The notes: generated by a model from the sequence alone, not told the origin. A stretch of 64,000 nt of DNA from Verrucomicrobiota bacterium (GCA_947471035.1 CANIWJ010000003.1:1-64000); one strand, 5' to 3'; shown: positions 29,901 to 41,324, counted from the stretch's first letter. Translations and numbers: made by a program.

Positions 29901-30214
29901 AGGAAGCGGTAGTTTCCCTCCGCAAGCAACTCGGCCGGGAGCTGACCCGCAAGGAACTGGTCGATGCGATCAAAGTCGGCGCGCGCCTCCGCTTGCGCCC
30001 CAAGGTGATGACGGTCGCCACCACCGTCGCCTCGCTGCTGCCGATATTCTGGAGCGCGCGGACTGGAGTAGAAGTGATGCAACCCATCGCCGCCCCCGTA
30101 GTCGGCGGCATGCTATCGTCACTGCTGCATATCCTTCTAGTCACCCCGGTCATTTTCGCCTGGCTGCACGAACGTCGCCTCCCGAAGGAATCGAACAACC
30201 CAGCTTCTGTGTAA
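26996..30214 (+). CDS. czcA: heavy-metal efflux RND transporter (CzcA/CusA family)
   Basis: 1072 aa, 12-TM RND architecture with HME-type conserved segments; contains a heptamer-repeat insertion at 28670-28697. Confidence 0.95.
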   Translation: MIAFIIRWSLHNRFIVLAAFVALCAWGVVALKRVPVDAIPDLSENQVIVYADLPGRSPQEVEDQITYPLSVSLQGLAGVKTVRATSMFGFSFLTVIFDDKIENYFARTRVLERLNSLGELLPSAVTARLGPDATGLGWVYQYYLKDASGKQDLGSLRALQDTFIRYQLAATPGVAEVASIGGFVRQYQIEVSALKLKQFGLSLGEVIDAVGASNANVGGKTLEENGAEYIVRGVGLVTSPADLEKIPLMPRGGVPLTLRDVATVQIGGEFRRGALDVDGRAVVGGIVVMRYGENAYQVIQDVKARLATLAPGLPAGVTVAPFYDRADLIQRAIDTLKHALTEEIILVTLAHILFLFHFRSILIVTLPLPASILVSFILMDRFGIPSNIMSLTGIAISIGVLVDAGIVMTENVIRHCERAEEELRRRLTPPEVFQHTLEAATQVGRPMFFSMMIIILAFVPVFLLSGQEGKLFHPLAYTKSFALLGAVILAITAVPVFCTYLVRGPFKPESENWLMKFLLLGYEPLLDWALTHRKTVMSLAATLLVITSVIAFGLPQPISSFVIRHSSLPERFTRGFGSEFMPTLEEGSLLFMPVLLPSTSLTEVNRIMSWQDKVIASHPEVVSVAGKLGRADTATDPAPVEMIETTILLKPASEWRPGVTKAKIISELSERLTQVPGYVPGFLQPIENRILMTSTGIRAQVGVKIFGDNIDALQAKAFEIERVIAGISGATGVAPSRAQGKPYLEITPDREALRRYGLRVADVFSYVETGIGGAVATTTLKGRERWPVQVRLERADRDDLDKIGDLLIPTPSGPFVPLRQIAAIKRVVGASEIQSENGRLRVFVQANVQNRDLGGFVDEIKAKVTQSVTLDPGMTIEYSGQYEHQIRARQTLAYVFPAVIVIIFILLVMTFRSVPEAAHVILAVPFALTGGVILQSILGFNFSVAVWVGYIALFGTAIQTGVVMVVYLEEAVVSLRKQLGRELTRKELVDAIKVGARLRLRPKVMTVATTVASLLPIFWSARTGVEVMQPIAAPVVGGMLSSLLHILLVTPVIFAWLHERRLPKESNNPASV
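28670..28697. repeat. four perfect tandem copies of heptamer TCGTCAT (reverse of ATGACGA, family A) inside czcA
   Basis: TCGTCAT x4 read directly; encodes the SFVIRHSS segment of the periplasmic loop. Confidence 0.85.
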
Positions 30215-30234
30215 CCCCCAAAGCTCGCCCCTAC

Positions 30235-30278
30235 GCTGCGGCGATGAAGAACCGCAGCGTAGGGCGAGAAGTGATCAA
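30235..30278. terminator. bidirectional terminator hairpin between convergent czcA and flotillin-like genes
   Basis: CTCGCCCCTACGCTGCGG-loop-CCGCAGCGTAGGGCGAG, a 17-bp near-perfect stem. Confidence 0.7.
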
Positions 30279-30280
30279 CC

Positions 30281-32647
30281 TTAACTCTTACGCTCAGCGC
30301 TAGCTGCGGTCGGCGACTTGGCTTCAAGCTCTTCGGGTTTCACGGTGAAGCTGCGCCCGGTTAACTTCTCCAGCAGGCTGATGCCAAAGAATCCATTCAT
30401 CAGATCATTGCCGCCGGCGCCGCCCGCGCCACCGCCGCCGATGACGAGGTTCTCGGGGATGAGCTTGAGCGTGCCGGTGGCGATTTTTTCTACCACGCGA
30501 ATCTGGCCGAACACATCCTTCCCCATCGCATCGACTTCGAGGCGGTAGGCTTCGGCGGTAGATTGGCCCTTCGCCAGGATAACTTCTGCCTCAGCATTAC
30601 CGATCTTGGCCGTGGCTTCGGACTGGGCCTCAGCGGTCACCTTGGTCGCTTCAGCTTGGGCGGCAGCGCGGAGCTTGATCGCTTCGGATTCACCGGTGGC
30701 CTGAAGAATGGCGGCGACCTTGGAACCTTCCGCTTCCTTCACTTTACCTTCGGCCAAATTCTTCTGGATTTCCACGTTACGCTCGGACTCTACGACCTTA
30801 GGCTGCATGGCCGCCTGAGCGGTCGCATTTTCCAAGGCGCGGCGCTCGTCCTGCGCCTCTTTCTGAGTGGCGTAGGTTTTCTTCTCTTGTTCGGCAATCT
30901 GACGGTCCGTGACGGTTTTGGTCAGCTCGGCTGGCAGCACCACGTCAGCGATCAGCGTATCCTTGGAATCGATGTGGTGAACGCGGAGAACGCCGTCGAT
31001 GTGGGTTTTGGCTTTTTCCTGAAGCTGTTTGCGCTCGGTGTAGAGATCGAGGGCTTTGATGTATTGGGATGCGTTGCGGAAGTGAGAGCTGATGGCCGGC
31101 TCCAACACCTGGGAAATCATGTTTTTAACGGACCCGAGGTTGGCGATCACCTTGGGGGCGTTTTTCATCGGGATGTGGATGATGACGCTTACGTCCATGT
31201 TGACGTTGAACGCATCGGCGGTGCGCAAAGTGATCGTTTTGAGATTCGAATCGAGCTCGTGAGCGCTGGAACGGGTGTCGGCCCAGTTGAGCAGGATTTG
31301 CGTCGTAGGAACGATATCGACCTTGAGTATCTTCGTATTGAGCGGGTGCTTGCCGGGCTGAAGCGGGTCGGCCCAGATGCCCTTGTTTCCATTGGCCACG
31401 ATTTTGGCGTTCACCGCATCGTCCGTGAGGTCAGCACCGTCGGGACCGACGTAACTGGTAACCACGCCGCAGAAGCCGATATCGACGCGAATCATCGGCG
31501 CTTTTTCTACTGACGCGAACCAGGGGTTAATCGCATAGTTACCGGCGCGTAGAACGGGGATCTGGAGGCCCTTTTGGCCTCCGGAAGCGAGGAACGCAGC
31601 CGGATCCTGGAAGTTATTATGGGTGCCCAGGGGCAGCTCTTCGGCGGCGATTTTTGAGGAATCGACGATGGGTTTACCCTCAAGGATGGTAACAATGCCG
31701 ACTTGGTCCGCCTCAATGTTGGTCCAGTCCACCACGCTGATAACTTTGAAGAGGGCGGGATTAATCCGGTAGCGGCCCGGCATTAGCACATCGAGTTGGC
31801 GGCCCTTTTCCCCGCCGTTGTTAATAAAGGCTTCGCCGTCGTAAAAACTGTTATGCCCAGGAACCTTCAGGGCAAGGAGTCGGCCTTCAGGGATACGCGC
31901 ACCGTCGGTCGCCTCGACCAGCCCGATCTGACCGCCCTTGATTTCGGTAATCGGGCGTTTCTCGATACGGAAAAGAATGGTGTTAATACGATAGAAACCC
32001 GGGGTCAGGAAGGCGATCTGCGGTCCTTTTTGTCCACCGTTGTTGATGAAGGCTTGCGCGTCTTGAAAGCTATCACAGGCGACGGGCGATCCAAAGTTTC
32101 CGCCAGCGCGGGTCACCGGTTGGCCGGCGATGGCCTCGACGTAGCCGACCTCGTTGTCGTCGATCATGATCGCATCCACGATCTCCACCTCGAATAGAGC
32201 CGGATTAATCTTATATTCACCCTCAGGCAGTATGGCGAGCTGGGGGCCCTTTTCGCCGCCGTTGCGCAAGAAGGCTTCTCCATCTTGAAACAGATCACAT
32301 TCGATACTTTTGGCCATATAGTTACCCGACGGAATGGGGGCACCGGTGATCGCGCGAACCACACCGACCTGATTGGACGGGATGACCAAAAACCGATGTT
32401 TGGAGGTGCGGAAAATGAACGGGATCAGAAAGTGGAAACCAGGGCCAAGCACACGAGCCTGCACGCCCACTTCACTGCTAAGTGCGACTGTGCGGCCATC
32501 GGGCATTTGACGACCAAACCAACGGCGTTCAAGCGTCACGATTTCATCACCACCAGCGATCGTGATCGAGTTATAGATAACGACCAACAGGGGAACACCC
32601 CAAAGGACGTAGACGATATTCTGGACGATGAAATCAAGGATAGGCAT
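30281..32647 (-). CDS. flotillin-like SPFH/band-7 family protein with five N-terminal tandem partial-SPFH repeats
   Basis: N-terminal TM helix; five ~70-75-aa repeats each containing VG.V...G.P..G and NGG.KG.Q...L.PG.Y.INP.LF motifs; SPFH core; Glu/Ala-rich coiled coil (AEAQSEATAKIGNAEAEV); flotillin-type C-terminus (GGGGAGGAGGNDLMNGF). Confidence 0.8.
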   Translation of the reverse strand: MPILDFIVQNIVYVLWGVPLLVVIYNSITIAGGDEIVTLERRWFGRQMPDGRTVALSSEVGVQARVLGPGFHFLIPFIFRTSKHRFLVIPSNQVGVVRAITGAPIPSGNYMAKSIECDLFQDGEAFLRNGGEKGPQLAILPEGEYKINPALFEVEIVDAIMIDDNEVGYVEAIAGQPVTRAGGNFGSPVACDSFQDAQAFINNGGQKGPQIAFLTPGFYRINTILFRIEKRPITEIKGGQIGLVEATDGARIPEGRLLALKVPGHNSFYDGEAFINNGGEKGRQLDVLMPGRYRINPALFKVISVVDWTNIEADQVGIVTILEGKPIVDSSKIAAEELPLGTHNNFQDPAAFLASGGQKGLQIPVLRAGNYAINPWFASVEKAPMIRVDIGFCGVVTSYVGPDGADLTDDAVNAKIVANGNKGIWADPLQPGKHPLNTKILKVDIVPTTQILLNWADTRSSAHELDSNLKTITLRTADAFNVNMDVSVIIHIPMKNAPKVIANLGSVKNMISQVLEPAISSHFRNASQYIKALDLYTERKQLQEKAKTHIDGVLRVHHIDSKDTLIADVVLPAELTKTVTDRQIAEQEKKTYATQKEAQDERRALENATAQAAMQPKVVESERNVEIQKNLAEGKVKEAEGSKVAAILQATGESEAIKLRAAAQAEATKVTAEAQSEATAKIGNAEAEVILAKGQSTAEAYRLEVDAMGKDVFGQIRVVEKIATGTLKLIPENLVIGGGGAGGAGGNDLMNGFFGISLLEKLTGRSFTVKPEELEAKSPTAASAERKS

Positions 32648-32838
32648 GGAAGGAACGGTATTAGGGAGGGACCGATGGTTTTTTCTCAGTTAGGCCGACG
32701 ACTTTGCGAAAGACCCGCACCACCGCATCGCACAAACCACTTTCTGGCAAGAGAGTTGCGACGCAACCCGAGCCGTGAAGCTCTTTCCCAAGTATTTTTA
32801 CACCGCGCTGCCACGTTAAAGTCCGACGCAGATTTAGA

Positions 32839-33387
32839 GTGTATTTAAGCCCTTTATTGAGGCACTTTTTTAGTCGCGTGATTTCCCCTGAAAAACACCT
32901 CGCTTATGCTTTGGGTTACATGGAGCTCGGGCTTTTCGCCGAAGCCCGTGCGGAGCTTGTGCCGCTGCCACCCGACTTCGCCGCCAGTCCCGCCGCGCTC
33001 GGTGTCCGGCTGGAAATAGCGATGGCCGAATCGCTCTGGCAGGAGGTGCTCGTTCTGGCTGAAGCATTGGTCGGAAACGACGCCAAACTGGAGCGTCCAT
33101 GGGTCGCCTGGGCCTATGCGTTGCGGGAACTGGAACGCATTACCGAAGCGCAGGAAACCTTGCTCACCGGCCGCCGCCTCATCTCCCGGCCCAGTGTCTT
33201 GGTGGACTACAATCTGGCCTGCTACGCCGCTCTGCTGGGCGAACTGGACGAAGCGCGCGCCCTCTTGGTCGATGTTTTTAACCGCGACAAAAGCTGGCGC
33301 GAGGTGGCCAAATGCGACCCTGACCTCGCGGTGCTTTTTCCTCAAGCAGCCAAAAAGAAAAAGCCCCGTCCGGCGGACGGGGCTTGA
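32839..33387 (+). CDS. TPR-like hypothetical protein
   Basis: Helical repeat composition; start uncertain (GTG 32839, or the ATG at about 32920 where the product would begin MELGLF). Confidence 0.4.
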   Translation: MYLSPLLRHFFSRVISPEKHLAYALGYMELGLFAEARAELVPLPPDFAASPAALGVRLEIAMAESLWQEVLVLAEALVGNDAKLERPWVAWAYALRELERITEAQETLLTGRRLISRPSVLVDYNLACYAALLGELDEARALLVDVFNRDKSWREVAKCDPDLAVLFPQAAKKKKPRPADGA

Positions 33388-33425
33388 AACTCAAACGCGA
33401 TAGGAGTCGCGCATTCGCGCTCGGC

Positions 33426-34196
33426 TTACTTGATCGCGATCGCTGCGGTGACCAGCTCGACAAAGCTGCGGGCCTCAAGGCTCGCGCCACCGATTAGACC
33501 GCCGTCGATGTCCTTCTGAGCCAAAAGCTCGGGGGCGTTTGCGGGCTTCATGGAGCCGCCGTAGAGGATGCGTACTTTCTGGGCGATGGCGTCGCCGAAG
33601 AGCTTTACGAGGAGGCTACGGATGAACGCGTGCACTTCCTGCGCCTGTTCGGTGCTGGCGACCTTGCCGGTGCCGATGGCCCATACGGGTTCGTAGGCGA
33701 TGACGACGTTGGTCGCCAAATCCTTGGAAACGCCCTCAAGGCCGGCTTCGAGCTGGGTCTGAACCACCTTGAGTGTGCTGCCGCTCTCACGCTCGGCGAG
33801 AGTCTCGCCGACACAGAGGATGGGCTTCAACTGGGCCTTCAGGGCAGCCAGCACCTTCTGGTTGATGAAGGCGTCGGACTCGTGGAAATAACTGCGGCGC
33901 TCACTATGGCCGAGAATGACGTGCGAGACAAAGAGGGCGCGGAGCATTCCGGCTGAGATCTCGCCAGTGTAGGCACCTGAAGCCTCGGGGTGCATGTTTT
34001 GGGCACCGAGCTTTACGGTCGAACCTTCGAGTTTGGCGGCGGCGCTTTCCAGTCCGGTGAAGGGCGGGCACACCACGACTTCGACGTCGTTTTGTTTACC
34101 AGCAGCGGCGACGATATCGGCCACGAGGGCGACGCCGTCGGCGGCGGTTTTGTTCATCTTCCAGTTACCAGCGATGAGTTTTTTGCGGAGGGACAT
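33426..34196 (-). CDS. tpiA: triose-phosphate isomerase
   Basis: AGNWKMN, catalytic GHSERR and AYEPVWAIGTG signatures. Confidence 0.95.
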   Translation of the reverse strand: MSLRKKLIAGNWKMNKTAADGVALVADIVAAAGKQNDVEVVVCPPFTGLESAAAKLEGSTVKLGAQNMHPEASGAYTGEISAGMLRALFVSHVILGHSERRSYFHESDAFINQKVLAALKAQLKPILCVGETLAERESGSTLKVVQTQLEAGLEGVSKDLATNVVIAYEPVWAIGTGKVASTEQAQEVHAFIRSLLVKLFGDAIAQKVRILYGGSMKPANAPELLAQKDIDGGLIGGASLEARSFVELVTAAIAIK

Positions 34197-34296
34197 AAAT
34201 TTAAATTTTTACGGGAGAAAACGGAGGTACCGGAGAAGAAAACAGGTCGATGACTCGATCTGTTCCCTCCGTTACCTCCTGTATGCTTTTGGGATC

Positions 34297-35541
34297 TTAG
34301 CTTTCCAAAAACACGACGCCGGGCAGGGCCTTGCCTTCGAGGAACTCGAGGGAAGCGCCGCCGCCGGTGGAACAATGCGAGACCTTCTTGGCCACGCCGA
34401 ATTTCTTGGCTGCGGTGGCGGTGTCGCCGCCGCCAACCACGGTGATGGCTCCGCCCGCAGTGGCCTCGGCGATGGCATCGGCCATGGCCTTGGTTGCGCC
34501 AGCGAACTTCTCGAACTCAAACACGCCGGCCGGACCGTTCCAGATGATGGTCTTGGAGGCGAGAATGGCGGTGCGGTAGAGCGCGATGGACTTGGGACCG
34601 GCGTCGAGACCTTGCCAGCCGGCGGGGATGCCGGAGTCGTCGTCCACCGCCTGGGTGGCGGCGTCGGGGGCGAATTTATCGGCGGCGATGTAATCGACCG
34701 GGAAAATCAGTTCCACGCCCTTGGCCTGGGCCTCGTTGACGAGGTCCTGCACGATCTTCGCGCCTTCGACGTCGAAGAGGCTGTCGCCGATCTGCTTGCC
34801 GTAAACGACCTTCTTGAAGGTGTAGGCCATGCCGCCGCCGATGATGATCTTGTTGGCCTTGCCGAGGAGGTTCTTGATGAGGGGAATCTTGTCGGCGATT
34901 TTGGCTCCGCCGAGGATGGCGAGCAGAGGACGCTGGGGGTTGTCCAGCACTTTGGCGAAAGCATCGAGCTCGGCCTGCATGAGGAATCCGGCGGCCTTCT
35001 GCGGCAGGGTGACGCCAACCATGGAACTGTGGGCGCGATGAGCGGTGCCGAAGGCATCGTTCACGAACACATCACCGAGCTTGGTTAGGGAGGCGCGGAA
35101 GGCGGTGACGGCGACAGGATCGGCCTTCTTGGAGGTGCCGTCCTCGAGCTTCACTTTGCCCTCTTCCTCGATGTGGAAACGGAGATTTTCCAACAACACG
35201 ACCTCGCCTGGGACGAGTTTGGCGCAGGCGGCCTCAATCGCTGGACCGACGCAGTCGTCGAGGAACTTGACTGGCTTGCCGAGTAGCTTTTCGAGCTCGG
35301 CCGCGACAGGCTTGAGCGAGAACTTCTCGATGCGCTGACCGTCGGGACGACCGAGGTGCGACATGAGCACAACCGAGGCACCCTGCTCGAGGGCGAACTT
35401 GACCGTGGGCAACGCAGCGGCGATGCGGGCGGTGTTGGTGATCGCGCCGGTCTGCTTGTCCTGCGGGACGTTAAAATCGACGCGCATGAGCACGCGTTTG
35501 CCGGCAAGGGCTAGGTCGCGGATGGATTTATATTTGGCCAT
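34297..35541 (-). CDS. pgk: phosphoglycerate kinase
   Basis: RVDFNVP N-terminal motif; typical Pgk length and hinge/ATP-binding segments. Confidence 0.95.
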   Translation of the reverse strand: MAKYKSIRDLALAGKRVLMRVDFNVPQDKQTGAITNTARIAAALPTVKFALEQGASVVLMSHLGRPDGQRIEKFSLKPVAAELEKLLGKPVKFLDDCVGPAIEAACAKLVPGEVVLLENLRFHIEEEGKVKLEDGTSKKADPVAVTAFRASLTKLGDVFVNDAFGTAHRAHSSMVGVTLPQKAAGFLMQAELDAFAKVLDNPQRPLLAILGGAKIADKIPLIKNLLGKANKIIIGGGMAYTFKKVVYGKQIGDSLFDVEGAKIVQDLVNEAQAKGVELIFPVDYIAADKFAPDAATQAVDDDSGIPAGWQGLDAGPKSIALYRTAILASKTIIWNGPAGVFEFEKFAGATKAMADAIAEATAGGAITVVGGGDTATAAKKFGVAKKVSHCSTGGGASLEFLEGKALPGVVFLES

Positions 35542-35662
35542 GGGAAGGATGCGTAAAAAAGAAAACCACAGAAGACACGAAGTTCACGGAGAGGCAGCTG
35601 AATCGCCTCCGTGTTCCCCGTGTCCTCCGTGGTTTATATTAAGAGTTTGGAAAAAACTCAGA

Positions 35663-36883
<1,221 letters not shown>

Positions 36884-39334
36884 CTATTCGGCAATCCATA
36901 GACCGCAGCTTAGGGCGGGCATAAAGAGCGACGGCGTAACCTTGCGCGAACCCGCGATCCGGCCGGGTGCGAGAAAACGCTCTTGATCCGCCAACTGCCA
37001 CCAGTGGAGCGCCGCCCGTTCATCCAACGCGATGCTGACATCGGAGGTAGTGCCGTTGACCGCAAACAAGAGCCGCTGCGGTCCCTGGCTGAGATCGGCA
37101 TTATACATGATGGCCACCGCGCTACTGCCTTCGGCCCAGCGAAACTCAAAAAATCCTTCCGTGGCTCGGGAAAAATGCCTGAGCAAACGACCGGCTTCGG
37201 ATAGGCGAAACGCAATCCAGTCCGCAAAATAGGCGTGGGTGGCGGGAAACCGGAAAATACGCGCGTAGTCCAAGGCGTTGAGATCGCCGCGCTGGTAGGT
37301 GTTGTTCACCCCGTGCTTCGACTTAAGGAAATCCTGCCCCGCCGAAATCATCGGGATGCCGATGGAACAAAACAAGGTTGCCACCATAAGATGAGTGCGG
37401 ATGCGGTCATTAACAGTGGGTAAATGGCCGTCGTGGTTGGCGTTTTCGGTGATGACGTCGATCCAGCAACGGTCGTCGTGCGACTCTGTATAATTGACCG
37501 TCTGGGCCGGCCATTTGGCGTAATACCAAGGCGACCCCTTGATGAAGTACTCGACCGTCTCGCGCGGCACGCCCCCGCGCACATAGTCGCGCAGAAAATT
37601 GCGGTATCCGTCATTCCAAGACGCCCAACCGGTGTCGCGCAGCTCGCCCGCCGCATGTCCGCGAAAACTCCAGGGCTCGGCGATCAGGATCACGTCGGGT
37701 TTGATCCGCTTCAACGCCGTCTCGACTTCGCGCAACACGGCCGGGCCGACCAGATCGGCGAGATCAAAGCGGAAGCCATCTACGCCGAAGAACTCCAGCC
37801 AGTGGGCGCAGCTGTCGATGATTAGCCGCTTGGCCATCGCCGCCGAGGTGCGCAGGTCATTACCGCAACCGCTCCAGTTTGCCATCTGTCCGGCCGCGTC
37901 CTGCTCAAAGTAGTAGAGCTTGTCCAAAAAGACCAAATGCGCCGGTTCGCCCACATGGTTGTAAACCACGTCCACCACCACCGCGATGCCTCGGGCATGA
38001 AAGGCCCGCACCAATTCCTGCAACTCCCGCAGACCCGACGCCGCGTCCGGCCGCGTGGCGTAGGCACTCGCCGGTGCGAAGTAATTCACCGTCATGTAGC
38101 CCCAGTGATACTCCTCCTGTGTCACGCTGTCGAACTCCTGCAAGGGCTGGAGCTCGACGCAGTTCACCCCTAGCCGGGAAAGGTAAAAATCCGGATCCTC
38201 GACCCATGCCTTCAGGTCGGCAAAACCCCGCCGCATCCGGTCCCCCTGCGCGTTCGGTGCATAAGCCACCAGATCACGCACATGCGCCTCGCAAATTACT
38301 AGATCGTGCCAGGCGGGGGTCTGGAAGTTATCCAGCGGTATCGCCGACCCGATGCGTGCACGATCCACCACGATACCCGGCCCTTCACGGCCCACCGTAG
38401 CCAGAGCATAAGGGTCGAGAATACGACGTTTGGGATCAAACACTCCGAACGCATCGCAGGGACCGTCCACCTGATACCAATAATACCAACCATGCAGATT
38501 ACCCTCCAAGATGATCTGCCATACGCCAGCCGCACCTTCCGCATCGGAGCGGCGAGCCAGACGGTAACGTAAGGCGGTTTCCTGGGTGGACAAAGTGGAC
38601 TGCAATACGAGCTCCACAGATTTGGCGCGGGGCGCGAACAGCCGGAACACCGTCATTTCCCCGCTCGGCAAGGCCCCGAGCGGTAATGAAGTGCCTAACT
38701 CAAAGAAAAACCGGCCCGGCCGCAGCGGCACTTCCTCGACCGCGCGACCTTCCGACCAACGCACGGTGAGGTTCCCGGACAAATCCGCCGGGGCGCTCAG
38801 GTCGAAGGTAAACAAATGCCAACCAGTGCGGTCGGGTTGAATTTCCCGGTTCAGATTCCCGCTCTCATCCCGCACCGCATTAGGTGCCGACCAATCCACC
38901 GGCAACCACTGGTGCGAACCTGTAACGAACTTAAACCGCGCCCCGGCCTGCACCACTTCGGATGCCGGTCCTCGCCAGACCAAGACGGAGCGACCAGCAC
39001 GCAATCCGTGCACCATGGCCCACGAAGCTTCGTCAGCCCCGCGCCAGCCATTGAACTCCCCCGCCACATGCACGGTCTGAGTCTTGATGTTTACGTCCGG
39101 ATAAGACGCCGGATCGAAAACAAATTCGATCTCATCCTCGCTCGGGAAATGATATCCGCTGACTAAGGCGAAGTTTTCCGACGACACCTGAGTGAGCTTG
39201 CGCAGCCGCAGCTTGCCGCCACCGACCACAAACACCGGTACGCTGCGCCCCTCCCAGTCCTGGCGTAATTCTATAATTCCCCGCGTCGGGGACTCTAGTG
39301 TGGCGGAGACGAGGGCATTTGCACGGGAAGCCAT
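36884..39334 (-). CDS. GH13 alpha-1,6-glucan debranching-type enzyme (pullulanase/isoamylase-like)
   Basis: GH13 regions I-III: [27 protein letters not shown]; N-terminal beta-sandwich (CBM48-like). Start set at ATG 39334 because the longer track ORF to 39943 is antisense to mnmA. Confidence 0.7.
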   Translation of the reverse strand: MASRANALVSATLESPTRGIIELRQDWEGRSVPVFVVGGGKLRLRKLTQVSSENFALVSGYHFPSEDEIEFVFDPASYPDVNIKTQTVHVAGEFNGWRGADEASWAMVHGLRAGRSVLVWRGPASEVVQAGARFKFVTGSHQWLPVDWSAPNAVRDESGNLNREIQPDRTGWHLFTFDLSAPADLSGNLTVRWSEGRAVEEVPLRPGRFFFELGTSLPLGALPSGEMTVFRLFAPRAKSVELVLQSTLSTQETALRYRLARRSDAEGAAGVWQIILEGNLHGWYYWYQVDGPCDAFGVFDPKRRILDPYALATVGREGPGIVVDRARIGSAIPLDNFQTPAWHDLVICEAHVRDLVAYAPNAQGDRMRRGFADLKAWVEDPDFYLSRLGVNCVELQPLQEFDSVTQEEYHWGYMTVNYFAPASAYATRPDAASGLRELQELVRAFHARGIAVVVDVVYNHVGEPAHLVFLDKLYYFEQDAAGQMANWSGCGNDLRTSAAMAKRLIIDSCAHWLEFFGVDGFRFDLADLVGPAVLREVETALKRIKPDVILIAEPWSFRGHAAGELRDTGWASWNDGYRNFLRDYVRGGVPRETVEYFIKGSPWYYAKWPAQTVNYTESHDDRCWIDVITENANHDGHLPTVNDRIRTHLMVATLFCSIGIPMISAGQDFLKSKHGVNNTYQRGDLNALDYARIFRFPATHAYFADWIAFRLSEAGRLLRHFSRATEGFFEFRWAEGSSAVAIMYNADLSQGPQRLLFAVNGTTSDVSIALDERAALHWWQLADQERFLAPGRIAGSRKVTPSLFMPALSCGLWIAE

Positions 39335-39442
39335 TCTGAAACCGATAATTCCGCTCAATCCCTCACGCACAAGCCCCAAGCCACCGCCTGCGCTGGACAT
39401 TTCCTCGACTGCGGACAGACGCTCCGCCCCGCGTTTTTCCAC

Positions 39443-40552
39443 ATGACCGCCGTTTCCACCCCCGAAAAAATACTCGTCGCCCTGTCCGGTGGCGTGGACA
39501 GCTCCGTCGCCGCACTGCGTCTGCGTGACGCCGGAGTGCCCATCGAGGCGGCCTACATGAAAAACTGGATCAACGAGGACAACATCCTCGGCGATTGCCC
39601 TTGGGAACAAGACATCACCGACGCCAGACGCGTAGCCGATCAGCTCGGCATCCCATTCCGCGTGGTTAACCTGATGGAGGAATACCGGGAGAAGGTCGTC
39701 GCCTATCTGCTCGACGAATACACCCGGGGCCTCACGCCCAACCCCGATGTGATGTGCAACCGCGAAATCAAGTTTGGCGTGCTCCGCCAATGGGCGCGCG
39801 AACACGGATTTTCCGCCATCGCCACCGGACACTACGCCCGACGCGCTCCCCTGCCCGACCGCTCCGGCGACTTCGCCCTGCTCGAAGGCGCGGACCCAAA
39901 CAAGGACCAATCCTATTTCCTCGCCATGCTCTCGCAGGACCAACTGCGCGACGCGCGGTTTCCGGTCGGCGATTTACTCAAACCCGATTTGCGCGCGCTC
40001 GCCCTCCGCGCCGGCCTGGCCACCGCCGAGAAAAAAGACAGCCAGGGCATCTGCTTCATCGGTCAGGTGAAAATGGCCGACTTCCTGCGCGCCTACGTGC
40101 ACGACGCCCCCGGCCCCATCGTGCGGGCCGACGATGAGCGCATCCTCGGGGAACATCGCGGGCTACACTTTTTCACTCTCGGCCAGCGCAAGGGCATCGG
40201 CATCCCTTCCAATACCGACGGGAAGGCCTACGTGGTGGTCGGCAAACGCGCCGCCGACCGCGCCCTCTTGGTGGCGTTTGATGGCGCCTCCGCGCCCGGA
40301 CTTTTTACTCGTGAAGTGGAGATTCGGGGACTGCGCTGGAACACGCCTACGCCTCCAAGTCCGGCCGATGGTCCGCGCGAGTTCGAAGGCCGAGTGCGTT
40401 ATCGCGATGCGCGAGTCCGGCTGCGGTTCACCCCTACCGGACCAGACTCAGGACAGGTGGTCTTTGCCGAGCCGCAGCGCGGTCTCGCCGCCGGGCAGAT
40501 TTTCGCCCTCTACGAAGGCCCGCGCCTGCTCGGCGGCGGCGTTTACCTATAG
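39443..40552 (+). CDS. mnmA: tRNA-specific 2-thiouridylase MnmA
   Basis: PP-loop [12 protein letters not shown]; conserved MnmA core. Confidence 0.9.
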   Translation: MTAVSTPEKILVALSGGVDSSVAALRLRDAGVPIEAAYMKNWINEDNILGDCPWEQDITDARRVADQLGIPFRVVNLMEEYREKVVAYLLDEYTRGLTPNPDVMCNREIKFGVLRQWAREHGFSAIATGHYARRAPLPDRSGDFALLEGADPNKDQSYFLAMLSQDQLRDARFPVGDLLKPDLRALALRAGLATAEKKDSQGICFIGQVKMADFLRAYVHDAPGPIVRADDERILGEHRGLHFFTLGQRKGIGIPSNTDGKAYVVVGKRAADRALLVAFDGASAPGLFTREVEIRGLRWNTPTPPSPADGPREFEGRVRYRDARVRLRFTPTGPDSGQVVFAEPQRGLAAGQIFALYEGPRLLGGGVYL

Positions 40553-40574
40553 CCGAAAATCGGCAGGCGAAAAC

Positions 40575-41324
40575 TTAAGGATTTAGCGTCGGGATGGCGA
40601 AGGACGCCGCATCGACTGCGGGGTTTACCTCAATGGTCGAAAAGGTGACGCGTATGGTTCGTGTGCTGCCGTCCGCCAGCTGAGCGGTCGTGATAATGCG
40701 TTGCGGAAAATGCAGACCGGCGACCTTGATTTCACCTTCTTCGCGAATCTGTGTGCCGCTATCGGTTTGAGTCAGCACGAGGCGACCGGACGAAAGTTCA
40801 AAACTGCGAATAAAGACAATGTCGGGCGCGTGGATGAACGCGATCTGGCGACAAGCAACCTTGTCCACCGTGGCGAGCCCACGGTCCTCGATTTTTCCGC
40901 CTTGGTTCTCCAAGCCACGGTAAAAAGCGAGGTTTTCAAACGTATTGGCCCGCAAGCGCTTGATTTGGTCGGGACCGAGTAACGTAACCTGCCAGCGGGT
41001 GGCTTCGGCGGGATCAGTGACTTGTTGCCAAGCATCGTAACCGTCGAGCGCGGTGACTTCGACTCGATTCCCCGTGGTCGCGGTAATGCGTTGCCGAAAA
41101 GGTTGTTGAAAGAGGATTTCGAGCTGGGCCGGAGGCGAAGCAGTGTCACCGACCTCAAGTTTACCGACCATGCGCAGGCTGGTTACCGCCGTGAGCGCCG
41201 CTTCTGAGCCGAGGTAGGCACGGGCTTGGTTGAGAATCGCGAGCGGGGAATCCGCGCGAACCCCCACTACGCAAAGGAAGAAAACAGCGGAAATATAAAG
41301 GAGCGAACGAAGAGGTGAGGCCAT
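40575..41324 (-). CDS. secreted LolA-like hypothetical protein (paralog of 18461-19210)
   Basis: Signal peptide MASPLRSLLYISAVFFLCVVGVRA; similar domain layout and a C-terminal ...VNP.....F..P ending shared with the other copy. Confidence 0.5.
   Translation of the reverse strand: MASPLRSLLYISAVFFLCVVGVRADSPLAILNQARAYLGSEAALTAVTSLRMVGKLEVGDTASPPAQLEILFQQPFRQRITATTGNRVEVTALDGYDAWQQVTDPAEATRWQVTLLGPDQIKRLRANTFENLAFYRGLENQGGKIEDRGLATVDKVACRQIAFIHAPDIVFIRSFELSSGRLVLTQTDSGTQIREEGEIKVAGLHFPQRIITTAQLADGSTRTIRVTFSTIEVNPAVDAASFAIPTLNP

Noticed and set aside
36884-39943. 1019-aa track ORF for the GH13 enzyme extending to 39943
   Set aside because: The first ~200 codons are Gly/Val-rich and lie antisense to the well-supported mnmA gene (39443-40552). 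The GH13 start was placed at ATG 39334, leaving a divergent intergenic region.
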